This document shows, piece after piece, positions 19,942-29,179 of a stretch of 44,339 nucleotides of DNA. Every line of letters begins with the position of its first letter. Within the stretch, counting starts at the first letter, position 1. The stretch is from NCBI GenBank assembly GCA_964612285.1, contig CAZTCM010000001.1, positions 1-44,339 on the forward strand, written 5' to 3'. This DNA comes from an uncultured Alistipes sp. (GTDB taxonomy: Bacteria; Bacteroidota; Bacteroidia; Bacteroidales; Rikenellaceae). Position numbers and translations under genes: made by a program. Below the pieces are notes generated by a model. The model was given only the letters and a program-made list of their open reading frames with translations. It was not told the DNA's origin and ran no database searches.

Positions 19942-22281
19942 ATGAAAAAGTTTTTAGCATATTTGCGTCATTCGATGCTCGTGGCAGCCGTGGCCCTCAT
20001 GGCCGTTGGCTGTGCCGAGAACGAGGTCTTTGATGGTCAGCTCGGCGAAGGCTCGCAGCTCGAACTCTCGGCCTCACAAGTGAGCTACACCTTCTCCGAA
20101 GAGGGTGGCTCGCAACCCATCATCATCACGGCTCCCGGCGCGTGGAGTGTAACCTCATCGGCCGAGTGGTGCTATGCCTCGCTGCGTAATGGCAACAACG
20201 GCACCTCGGAGCTCGACATCATGGCTTCGCCCAACGACCGCGCCAAAGAGCGTATGGCCGAACTGACCCTCGCATGCGCCGGCGAGCAGTCGATTCTTAT
20301 CTCCGTGACGCAGGCCGCAGCCTCGGAAGATCCCAACCTGGTGAAAGCCGACGTGAACTGGGACGGTGTGAATCGCAGTGAGATGATTTACCAGATTCTG
20401 GTCTACTCGTTTGCCGACAGCAACGGCGACAACTACGGTGACTTCCAGGGTGTCATCTCGAAGCTCGACTACATCAAAGAGTTGGGTGCCGGTGCTATCT
20501 GGCTCTCGCCGATTCACCCCTCCGACTCGTACCACGGCTACGACATCACGGATTATACGGAGGTACACCCGAAGTTCGGTACGAAGGAGGATTTCAAGCA
20601 GCTGCTCGATGCTGCCCACCAGCGCGGTATCAAAATCTACATCGACATTGCCGTAAACCACACCGGTAAGGGGCACCCCTGGTACACCGAGGCACTCGAA
20701 TCGTACAAGAAGGTGCAGGCCGGCGAGGGTGAGTATGCCGAGAGTTGGTACTACTATATGTTGTCGGACAATCCGGCACTCGACATTGCCCTGGGTAAGT
20801 TCCCGATGCTGACCGAGGTGGCTAAATCGGAAGGGTATGAGTCGGGGGCATGGAAAGATGTCGACGGATGGCAGTTGCCCGAGGCGACGACCCACCGCTA
20901 CACCTTCACGGTCGATTGGAATCAGAAGACCGTAAAGGTCGAGCCGACCGAGGCCGAGGCTCAGCCGGCCAACGAGGATAAGGAGGTGAAGATGTTCCTC
21001 TACTGCGAAGATCCGGGCAAGTACTATCGTATGTACGACAAGGGCAACGGTATCTACGAGCTGACGATGGACTTCAAGTCGCCGTGGGGCTTCCTCATTC
21101 GCACGACCGATGATGATGCGAATTGGGATGCCGACGGGGTGAAGTATGGCTCGAAAACGGGCAACTATATCAACGAGGGTGAGGTCTATGCCCTGGGTGA
21201 CCACGGCGGCAACATCCAGTTCGAGTATATGAAGTCGTTGAAGGTCTATGCCCGTCTCTTCTCGGCCTGGATGCCCGAGTTGAACTATGGTCCGGTGGCT
21301 ACCTGCCAGAATACGGTGCCCTACAAGCACATCGTGCAGGCGATGAAGGATTGGCTCTCGATGGGTGTCGATGGCCTGCGTCTGGATGCGGCCAAGCACA
21401 TCTATCGCCAAGATGGCGGCCCCGAGAACCAGGAGTTCTGGTCGAAGTTCTACGCCGACATCAATGCGCACTACAAGACCTTACCCCATTCGAATGGTGA
21501 GAATGTCTACATGGTGGCCGAGATTTTCGATGGCACGGATATGGTGGCAAGCTATGCCAACTGCCTCCCCTCGTGCTTCAACTTCGATTTCAGCGGGAAG
21601 TTGATCTATGCCTTGAAGAATCGTCAGGGCCATTATGTGGCCAAGGATGTTATCGAGTTGCAGAGCAAGCTGCACGCTGCCAACCCCAACTTTATCGATG
21701 CCACGAAACTCAAAAACCACGACGAGAACCGCATCATGAACGAGTTGGACGGCAACCGCGATTATGCGCGTATGGCAGGTGTGATGCAGCTCACGTTGCC
21801 CGGGCGTCCGGTCATCTACTATGGTGAGGAGCTGGCCTATTCGGGCGACAAATCGAGCGATGACGTGAATGTGCGTCAGCCGATGAAGTGGACCAAGACC
21901 GAGTATGCCAAGTATACGGGTGCCCTCTCGCCGGTATTTGCCAACGAGAAGAGCGTCGAGGACCAGTTGGCCGACGAACACTCGGTGCTGAATGCCTACC
22001 GCAAATTTGGTCAGCTGCGCAACATCTATCCGGCACTGACCGAGAAGGGCTCGCTCACGAAGTGCTACGACGAGAGCGATAAACCCCACTCGCTGGCTGC
22101 ATGGTATCGTGAGGCTGAGGGTACGAAGCTCCTGGTGATGCACAACATTGGCTCGCGTCCGATCGAGGTGAAACTCTACGAGAAGATTGACAAGGCAGTC
22201 GCTGTGATGGGCAACGTGCTGCTCGAAGAGGACATGTTGAGCCTGCCGGCCTACTCGACCGTTATCTTCAAGGTGCAGTAG
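19942..22281 (+). CDS. susG: SusG-like surface GH13 alpha-amylase lipoprotein with N-terminal BACON-like domain and internal CBM58-like insertion
   Basis: Lipobox AVGC; YQILVYSFADSNGD, SYHGYD, GLRLDAAKH, VAEIFD and NHD. The insertion YDKGNGIYELTMDFKSPWGFLIRT resembles the SusG CBM58. Confidence 0.88.
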   Translation: MKKFLAYLRHSMLVAAVALMAVGCAENEVFDGQLGEGSQLELSASQVSYTFSEEGGSQPIIITAPGAWSVTSSAEWCYASLRNGNNGTSELDIMASPNDRAKERMAELTLACAGEQSILISVTQAAASEDPNLVKADVNWDGVNRSEMIYQILVYSFADSNGDNYGDFQGVISKLDYIKELGAGAIWLSPIHPSDSYHGYDITDYTEVHPKFGTKEDFKQLLDAAHQRGIKIYIDIAVNHTGKGHPWYTEALESYKKVQAGEGEYAESWYYYMLSDNPALDIALGKFPMLTEVAKSEGYESGAWKDVDGWQLPEATTHRYTFTVDWNQKTVKVEPTEAEAQPANEDKEVKMFLYCEDPGKYYRMYDKGNGIYELTMDFKSPWGFLIRTTDDDANWDADGVKYGSKTGNYINEGEVYALGDHGGNIQFEYMKSLKVYARLFSAWMPELNYGPVATCQNTVPYKHIVQAMKDWLSMGVDGLRLDAAKHIYRQDGGPENQEFWSKFYADINAHYKTLPHSNGENVYMVAEIFDGTDMVASYANCLPSCFNFDFSGKLIYALKNRQGHYVAKDVIELQSKLHAANPNFIDATKLKNHDENRIMNELDGNRDYARMAGVMQLTLPGRPVIYYGEELAYSGDKSSDDVNVRQPMKWTKTEYAKYTGALSPVFANEKSVEDQLADEHSVLNAYRKFGQLRNIYPALTEKGSLTKCYDESDKPHSLAAWYREAEGTKLLVMHNIGSRPIEVKLYEKIDKAVAVMGNVLLEEDMLSLPAYSTVIFKVQ

Positions 22282-22310
22282 TCGCTTGCTGCTGCCTAAG
22301 ACGAACTACG

Positions 22311-22348
22311 ACGACGGGGAAGGCGTATATCGACGTCCTCCCCGTCGT
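22311..22348 (+). terminator. Hairpin after the susG-like gene (possible terminator or mRNA stability element)
   Basis: ACGACGGGGA...TCCCCGTCGT 10-bp stem with a weak U-tract. Confidence 0.45.
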
Positions 22349-22441
22349 GTGGTTGCCGGAATGGCTCCGGCAGGGGGATTTTGCGGCGTGATTGTGCGCA
22401 ACGTCCTCACCCGAAAACCGAAACTACATTATTTTTAGACG

Positions 22442-24544
22442 ATGAAACGACTTATCTTGGTGCTGGGCCTCGGATTGCTGTTGGCAGGTTGTCGCACGGC
22501 ACGCTTTACCGGTGCAGCGCCGGAGGCCGACGCCTCGCCGATTCTGCCGCTCCGTCTGACAGAGGGGGTGCAGCACTGCTATTTGACCGATTACCTCCCG
22601 ACGTGGGAGGGGGCCGATTCGCTCACGGTCGATGGGAACGCAGCCTTGACGCTGACCCCCGTAACGGAGGATTGGAGCGAATTTGAAGTGACGGCAGCGG
22701 CCGATGTGCAACTCGCCACCCTCTCGGCCTGGAAGGAGGGCAACCGGCTCTCGTTGGTTGCCGTGGGTGCGCGTCGTGACCGCGAGGCGATGCTCGTGAC
22801 CCATGGCACGATGTGCTCGACGGTGGCGTTGACCTCGACGGTGGCGCCTCGACAGGTGGTGGCGTTGTGGCAAAACTGCCTGCTGCCGGCAACCGACATT
22901 CATTGCGACGATACGACCATCGAGGTCGTGCTGCCGAAGGATGCTGCGGCACACGAGCGCTCGTTCCTGCGTGTATACGCCGTGAGCGACGAGGGACTCT
23001 TCAACGATGTGCTGGTTCCGCTGCGTCGGGGGAAGGTGGTGCGTTCGACCGACGAACTGACCCGCCGTGATCAGCAGGCGCAGGTGCTCTACTCGCTGAT
23101 GATTGACCGCTTCTACGATGCCGACCCGACGAACAATGCACCGCTCAACTCGCCCGAGGTGCTTCCTCAGGCCGACTACCAGGGGGGCGATTTGAAGGGT
23201 ATCACGGCGAAAATCGAGGAGGGCTTCTTCGAGCGGCTGGGTATCTCGACCATCTGGATTTCGCCCATCACGCAGAATCCGCGCGATGCGTGGGGCCTGA
23301 ACCTCAATCCGCGCACGAAATTCTCGGGCTACCACGGCTATTGGCCCATCTATACGACCGAGGTTGATGACCGCTTCGGTACCTCGGAGGAGTTGAAGGA
23401 GTTGCTTGCCACGGCCCATGCCCACGGCATGAATGTGGTGCTGGACTATGTGGCCAACCACCTGCACATCAACTCGCCCGTTTTGCAGGCACACCCCGAC
23501 TGGGTGATTCCGCTCATGCTGCCCGACGGCCGCAAGAACATCGGCCTGTGGGACGAGCATCGTCTGACCACCTGGTTTGACGAACACATCCCGTCGCTCG
23601 ACCTCGAACGTGCGGAGGTGGCCGAGCCGATGACCGATTCGGCTACTTTCTGGATGACCGAGTATGACTTCGACGGCTTCCGCCACGATGCCTGCAAGCA
23701 TATTCCGTTGGGGTATTGGCGACTGCTGACCAAGAAGTTGCGTGAACGTGTCACCGACCGCGAGTTGTGGCAGATTGGCGAAACGTATGGCGACCCGACG
23801 TTGATTGGTTCGTATGTGCGCAGCGGCATGATTAACGCCCAATTCGACTTCAATGTCTACCACACGGCCCTCGATGTGCTGACGCGCGGCCACTCGGTCG
23901 AGCGATTGGCCTATGTGGTCGATGAGTCGCTCACGGCCTATGGTGCTCACCACACGATGGGCAACATCACGGGCAACCACGACAAGGGACGTTTGATTTC
24001 GCTGGCCGGTGGGGCGCTCCATCCCGACGAGGACCACAAGGCGGCCGGATGGTTGCGCGAAGTGGGTGTAGGCGAGCCGGTGGGGTATAAGAAACTGGCG
24101 TTGATTAATGCCCTGAATATGACCATCCCGGGTGTTCCCTGCATCTATCAGGGCGACGAGTATGGCGAGCCGGGCGGCAACGATCCCGACAACCGCCGCA
24201 TGATGCGCTTCGAGGGGTACAACGAGGCCGAACAGGCGCAATTTGACCTGACGGCACGGCTGGTGCACCTGCGTCGCAGCTCGATGCCGCTGCTCTATGG
24301 CGAGATGCAGACCTTGGCCCTGACCCCCGATGTGTGGGTCTACCTGCGTGTCTACATGGGCGAATGGGTGGTCGTAGCCCTCAATACGGGGAACGAAATA
24401 CGCACCATAACGTGCGAGTTGCCCGCAACCATCGATGCTGCGCAGCCGCTGCAAGCGCAATTTGGCGGTGCTTTCGAGCGCAACGAGCAGCGTCTGACGC
24501 TGACGTTGGCCCCCTGTACGTTTGAAATTCTAACAAAAAACTGA
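22442..24544 (+). CDS. GH13 alpha-amylase family lipoprotein
   Basis: Lipobox LAGC; IDRF, GGDLKGI, YHGYW, LDYVANH, DGFRHDACKH, IGE, GNHD and DPDNRR. Confidence 0.9.
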   Translation: MKRLILVLGLGLLLAGCRTARFTGAAPEADASPILPLRLTEGVQHCYLTDYLPTWEGADSLTVDGNAALTLTPVTEDWSEFEVTAAADVQLATLSAWKEGNRLSLVAVGARRDREAMLVTHGTMCSTVALTSTVAPRQVVALWQNCLLPATDIHCDDTTIEVVLPKDAAAHERSFLRVYAVSDEGLFNDVLVPLRRGKVVRSTDELTRRDQQAQVLYSLMIDRFYDADPTNNAPLNSPEVLPQADYQGGDLKGITAKIEEGFFERLGISTIWISPITQNPRDAWGLNLNPRTKFSGYHGYWPIYTTEVDDRFGTSEELKELLATAHAHGMNVVLDYVANHLHINSPVLQAHPDWVIPLMLPDGRKNIGLWDEHRLTTWFDEHIPSLDLERAEVAEPMTDSATFWMTEYDFDGFRHDACKHIPLGYWRLLTKKLRERVTDRELWQIGETYGDPTLIGSYVRSGMINAQFDFNVYHTALDVLTRGHSVERLAYVVDESLTAYGAHHTMGNITGNHDKGRLISLAGGALHPDEDHKAAGWLREVGVGEPVGYKKLALINALNMTIPGVPCIYQGDEYGEPGGNDPDNRRMMRFEGYNEAEQAQFDLTARLVHLRRSSMPLLYGEMQTLALTPDVWVYLRVYMGEWVVVALNTGNEIRTITCELPATIDAAQPLQAQFGGAFERNEQRLTLTLAPCTFEILTKN

Positions 24545-24550
24545 TAACCG

Positions 24551-25894
24551 ATGAAACGATTTTCGATTCTGGCAACGCTTGTTTGCGTTGCGCTCGCCTT
24601 GGTGTTGAGCAGTTGCTGCACGGCCCCCGCGCCGCAGGCAGCCCACCGCGATTGGGTCTACAACTCGGTCGTGTATGAGATGAATGTCCGTCAGCAGAGC
24701 CCCGAGGGTACTTTTGCTGCCGCCGAGGAGCGTCTGCCGTTCCTCAAAGAGCTGGGTGTCGATATTATTTGGCTGATGCCGATTCATCCCATCGGCGAGA
24801 AGGGGCGTAAGGGTACGCTGGGCTCCTACTACGCCATCCGTGACTACCGTGCCATCAACCCCGAGTTTGGTACGATGGAGGATTTCGACCGCTTCCTGGC
24901 CAAGGCGCATGAGTTGGGCTTCCGCGTGATTCTGGACTATGTGGCCAACCACACCTCGCCCGATGCAGCGTGGGTCGACGAGAAACCGGCATCGTGGTAT
25001 GTGCGTGACTCGTTGGGCGTGCCCGTCGTGCAGTATGACTGGTGGGACATCGCCAAGTTGAACTACGACGAGCCCGAGGTACATGCCGAGATGAAGGAGG
25101 TGTTGAAGTTCTGGGTGGCAAAGGGTGTTGACGGCTTCCGTTGCGACGTGGCCGGAGAGATTCCCGATGCCTATTGGCAGGCTGCGTGGAAAGAGCTGCG
25201 TGCCATCAACCCCGACCTTTACTTCCTGGCCGAGGGCGAGGGCCCGAATTTCCATGCCGACGGTTTTGATGCCTGCTACGCCTGGCCGTTGAAGGATGTT
25301 ATCAACGACGTGGCCCAGGGCAAGCGAACGACGGCTGCCGTGAAGGAGTGGGTTGCGAAGTTCACGACCGACTATCCGCGTGAGGCGATTCAGCTGATGT
25401 TCACCTCGAATCACGACGAGAACTCGTGGTCGGGTACCGAGTTTGAGCGTCTGGGGGCTGCGGCGAAGACCTTTGCCGCCCTGACCTATGTCCTGCCGCA
25501 GGGCCAACCGCTGATCTATACGGGGCAGGAGATTGGCTACGACCACCGCTTTGCATTCTTCGAGAAGGACCCCGTCGAGAAGTGGGAGGCCAACGAGTAC
25601 ACCGACTTCTACCGCACGTTGAACGTCCTGCGCCACAACAATCCGGCATTGTGGGCCGGTGAGAAGGGTGGTGAACTGGTCTATGTAGCAGGTGTGCCCA
25701 AGGAGGTCTTTGCCTTCACGCGCGAGGTCGAGGGAAACAAGGTGTTGTGTCTGTTTAACCTCTCGGCCGAGGAGCAGCAGCTGAATCTGCCTACGGAGGT
25801 AGCCGGAGCCTATACCGATATGTATGGTGCACCGGCTACGGTCGAGACGGCCGTTGTGCTGCCGGCCTGGGGCTATGCCATCTATGTGAAATAG
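24551..25894 (+). CDS. GH13 alpha-amylase family protein (probable lipoprotein)
   Basis: VYEMNVRQ, WLMPIHPIG, GSYYAIRDY, LDYVANH, DGFRCDVAG, LAE and NHDENSW. Confidence 0.92.
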   Translation: MKRFSILATLVCVALALVLSSCCTAPAPQAAHRDWVYNSVVYEMNVRQQSPEGTFAAAEERLPFLKELGVDIIWLMPIHPIGEKGRKGTLGSYYAIRDYRAINPEFGTMEDFDRFLAKAHELGFRVILDYVANHTSPDAAWVDEKPASWYVRDSLGVPVVQYDWWDIAKLNYDEPEVHAEMKEVLKFWVAKGVDGFRCDVAGEIPDAYWQAAWKELRAINPDLYFLAEGEGPNFHADGFDACYAWPLKDVINDVAQGKRTTAAVKEWVAKFTTDYPREAIQLMFTSNHDENSWSGTEFERLGAAAKTFAALTYVLPQGQPLIYTGQEIGYDHRFAFFEKDPVEKWEANEYTDFYRTLNVLRHNNPALWAGEKGGELVYVAGVPKEVFAFTREVEGNKVLCLFNLSAEEQQLNLPTEVAGAYTDMYGAPATVETAVVLPAWGYAIYVK

Positions 25895-25973
25895 CGTAGA
25901 AAGTTCAAGGCGCAGGGTAGGGTTTTGGGCCCCACTTTGCGCCTTTTTGTGAAAAAAGAGATACCTTTACCCC

Positions 25974-27863
25974 ATGAAGATTTATCAATTCCTGATTCCT
26001 GTGGTGCTTATGATTGCAACTTCGTGCCAAACGCCGACACACTTTGACCCTGCTGCGGTGGCCGATGCCGAGGGGCGTGTGAGCCATGTCGAGCCGCTCT
26101 CGTGGTGGGTGGGGATGCAGACGCCGCTGCAACTGATGTTGCACGGTGAGCAGCTGGCCGAGTACGACGTGCGTATCGAGGGGAATGGTGCCCGCATCAC
26201 GAAGGTGCATCGGGCCGACAGCCCCAACTACCTCTTTGTCGATGTCGAGATTGATGCCGATGCCGAGCCGGGCATGCGCTATCTGCTCTTTACGCGCGGC
26301 GATGAGGAGTTCAAGGTGCCCTATGAGTTGGCGGCACGACGCGCCGGCTCGCGTGAGCGTCTCAGCTTCACGATGGCCGATGCCATCTACCTCTTGATGC
26401 CCGACCGCTTTGCCAACGGTTCGCCCGAGACCGACAATACGGAGGATACCTTCGAGAAGGCCGACCGAACGAATCTCCACGGTCGTCACGGCGGTGACCT
26501 GCAAGGCATCATCGACCACCTCGACCACATTGCCGACCTCGGCATGACGGCCATCTGGTCGACACCGCTGCTGCTCGACAACGAGCCTTCGTTCTCCTAC
26601 CACGGCTATGCCTGTGCCGACTACTACCACGTCGACCCGCGTATGGGGTCGAACGAACTCTACCGCGAGTATGTTGCCGAGGCGCATCGTCGGGGGTTGA
26701 AAATCATCATGGACATCGTGACCAACCACTGCGGCTTGGGTCACTGGTGGATGCAGGATTTGCCCTTTGCCGATTGGGTGCATCAGTTCGATGCCTTTAC
26801 GCGCACGAACAACCTCTTCTCGACCAACATGGATCCCAATGCGTCGAAATACGATTTGCGGTTGCAGGACAGCGGTCGGTTCGATACCTCGATGCCCGAC
26901 ATGAACCTCGACAACCCCTTCCTGCTCCACTACTTCAAGCAGTGGGCTGTCTGGTGGATTGAGTATGCCGATTTGGATGGGTTGCGCGTCGATACCTACC
27001 CCTACAACGAGAAGGTGCCGATGAGCGAGTGGTGCCGTGCGGTGTTGGCCGAATACCCCAACCTCAATATCGTGGGCGAGTGCTGGACGGCCGATGTGCC
27101 GCAGCTGGCCTATTGGCAGGGAGGCAATCCCAACAAGGATGGCTTCGATTCGCACCTCCCCTCCATCATGGACTTCCCGTTGCGTGATGCTGTCTGCATG
27201 GCCCTGCCGACCGACTCGTTGCGCTGGGGTGAGGGAATGATTCGGGTCTACAATGCCCTCTCGGATGATTTTGTCTACCACGACCTGTCGCGCATGATGA
27301 CCTTCGTAGGTAACCACGACATCGACCGTGTGGCCGATGTGCTGCGTGGTAATGTGGGGCGCGTAAAGATCGCCATGACGTTGCTCGCAACGATGCGCGG
27401 CATCCCGCAATTCTTCACGGGCGACGAGTGGATGATGCGGTCGGTCGATTTGAGTCAGGGACACGGAGGTCTGCGTGTCGATTCGCCGGGTGGTTGGCCC
27501 GAGGATGAGGTGAACTATTTCGATGCGGCACAACTCTCGGGTGATGCGGCCGAGGTCTACCACCATACGAAACACCTCTTCAATTGGCGCAAGACGAAGC
27601 CGGTGCTCCACCACGGGCGCACGCTCCACTTCGGCAGTCGCGACAACACCTATGCCTTCTTTCGCTACGACGATGCGGAGGCGGTCTTTGTCTATGTGAA
27701 CAATTCGCGCGGAAAACGCCAAATCCCCTGGTCGAATTATGCCGAGATTACAGCTACTCTCACCGAGGGACGCAATGTGCTGACGGGGGAGGCGGTGACG
27801 CTCTCTGATGCAACGACGGTAGGCCCGCGCGAGGCGTTGGTGATGGAGTTTAAGCGCAAATAA
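25974..27863 (+). CDS. susA: SusA-like neopullulanase/cyclomaltodextrinase (GH13)
   Basis: HVEPLSWWVGM (cyclomaltodextrinase N domain), YLLMPDRFANG, RHGGDL, SYHGYA, DGLRVDTYPY, VGE and NHD. Confidence 0.88.
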   Translation: MKIYQFLIPVVLMIATSCQTPTHFDPAAVADAEGRVSHVEPLSWWVGMQTPLQLMLHGEQLAEYDVRIEGNGARITKVHRADSPNYLFVDVEIDADAEPGMRYLLFTRGDEEFKVPYELAARRAGSRERLSFTMADAIYLLMPDRFANGSPETDNTEDTFEKADRTNLHGRHGGDLQGIIDHLDHIADLGMTAIWSTPLLLDNEPSFSYHGYACADYYHVDPRMGSNELYREYVAEAHRRGLKIIMDIVTNHCGLGHWWMQDLPFADWVHQFDAFTRTNNLFSTNMDPNASKYDLRLQDSGRFDTSMPDMNLDNPFLLHYFKQWAVWWIEYADLDGLRVDTYPYNEKVPMSEWCRAVLAEYPNLNIVGECWTADVPQLAYWQGGNPNKDGFDSHLPSIMDFPLRDAVCMALPTDSLRWGEGMIRVYNALSDDFVYHDLSRMMTFVGNHDIDRVADVLRGNVGRVKIAMTLLATMRGIPQFFTGDEWMMRSVDLSQGHGGLRVDSPGGWPEDEVNYFDAAQLSGDAAEVYHHTKHLFNWRKTKPVLHHGRTLHFGSRDNTYAFFRYDDAEAVFVYVNNSRGKRQIPWSNYAEITATLTEGRNVLTGEAVTLSDATTVGPREALVMEFKRK

Positions 27864-27896
27864 AAGAGCCTTAGGTTCGATTCATTTACGAAACCT

Positions 27897-27943
27897 AAAC
27901 GAAATGGGGCTGTCCAACATGCTTGGACAGCCCCGTCTCGTTT
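27897..27943. terminator. Intrinsic terminator between the convergent susA and ferritin genes
   Basis: GGGGCTGTCCAA-CATGC-TTGGACAGCCCC stem extended by AAACGA/TCGTTT. Confidence 0.8.
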
Positions 27944-27961
27944 ATGCGCGATGAGGATTCG

Positions 27962-28483
27962 CTACTCGGCCGTTGCCAGCGGCGAGGCCTGTGTGTAGGT
28001 GCGGGCAGCAAGCTCCTTGTCGAGCTGGTACATACCGTACTTGTCGTTCTCAACCGCCTCCGACGCGAAAATCATGTCGCGAGCCGACTCCTCCTCCTCA
28101 ATCTGCTCGTCGATGAACCATACGAGCATGTTCGACGATGCAAAGTCTTTGTCTTCGGCAGCGATGGCGGCCAGGTTGTTAATCAGGCCCGTGACCACCT
28201 TCTCGTGTTTGAGCGTCTCCTGGAACATTTCGAGGACCGAACCCCATTCCGTGCGTACCTCGGCAATCGGTTTGAGCTCGACTTTGCAGTCGCGCGAGTT
28301 GAGGTAGTTCATCAGAATACGGGCGTGGTCCTGCTCCTCCTGCCACTGCACGAAGAACCAGTTAGCGACACCCTTATAGCCCTTGGACTCGGCATCCAGC
28401 GACATCGAAAGGTACAAATAGGCCGACCAAAGTTCGGCATTAATCTGCTCGTTGATGGCAGCATGTAATTTCTGGCTTAACAT
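27962..28483 (-). CDS. ftnA: Non-heme ferritin
   Basis: INEQINAELWSAYLYLSM, QWQEEQDHA, HEKVVT and WFIDEQIEEE ferroxidase motifs. TATCTTTG promoter on the minus strand at 28528-28535. Confidence 0.95.
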   Translation of the reverse strand: MLSQKLHAAINEQINAELWSAYLYLSMSLDAESKGYKGVANWFFVQWQEEQDHARILMNYLNSRDCKVELKPIAEVRTEWGSVLEMFQETLKHEKVVTGLINNLAAIAAEDKDFASSNMLVWFIDEQIEEEESARDMIFASEAVENDKYGMYQLDKELAARTYTQASPLATAE

Positions 28484-28620
28484 AGTGGTATTGTTTTAGT
28501 GTGTTTGTAATTCTCTGTTTCCGTAAGCAAAGATACAACACTATTTCAAAAAACCATCATTTTTTCCATCATCTTATTTGATTTATCCATTAGCAAAACT
28601 TATAGATAGCCGATGTGTTA

Positions 28621-29058
28621 TCAGTCGTCTGCCTCTGTGAGCAGGTAGCGGTGGTTGAATTTGAGGTCGATACCTCCTTCGAGTTCCACCTCGTAGCCGT
28701 GGCGGTCGCGCTCAATCTTTTGGATGGGACGCCCCTCGAAACGCTCTGCGACGGCACGGCGAATCTCGGCCGGAATCAGGGCATCGGGTACGCTGTTGCG
28801 GCGGCACTCGACCTCGGTCCAGGCTCCCTGTTTGTCGAAGTCAATCGACGAGCCGCCGGCAAAGTAGACCGTATAGTCGCGGTCGAAGGCCGAGCGGTCG
28901 ACGGTGATGTGGCTCACGGCATTGGGGTCAAAGTGATGCTCGATAAGTTCTTGTGCCGCACGAGGCAGTTGTTTGAAGGGGATGGTACGGTGGAGGTTGG
29001 CCCAAATCGGCCCGACGGCCACCAACAAGATGGCCAGTGTTAATGTGTACTTTCTCAT
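28621..29058 (-). CDS. Periplasmic PepSY-like (BLIP-fold, DUF2874-type) protein
   Basis: ATG at 29058 gives a signal peptide; LPRAAQELI..HF, IDFDKQGAWTEVEC, IPAEI, IQKIERDRHGYEVEL and LKFN. Confidence 0.82.
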   Translation of the reverse strand: MRKYTLTLAILLVAVGPIWANLHRTIPFKQLPRAAQELIEHHFDPNAVSHITVDRSAFDRDYTVYFAGGSSIDFDKQGAWTEVECRRNSVPDALIPAEIRRAVAERFEGRPIQKIERDRHGYEVELEGGIDLKFNHRYLLTEADD

Positions 29059-29179
29059 GGCAAAACGTGTTTTGCCGCTTGTATGCAAAGATGACGCCAA
29101 AGAGGGCGCTTGACGTAAAGAGAGGGTGCCGCGGCAACAACGGCCGGACACCCTCGATGGTCTTCTTGTTTGTGAATCT

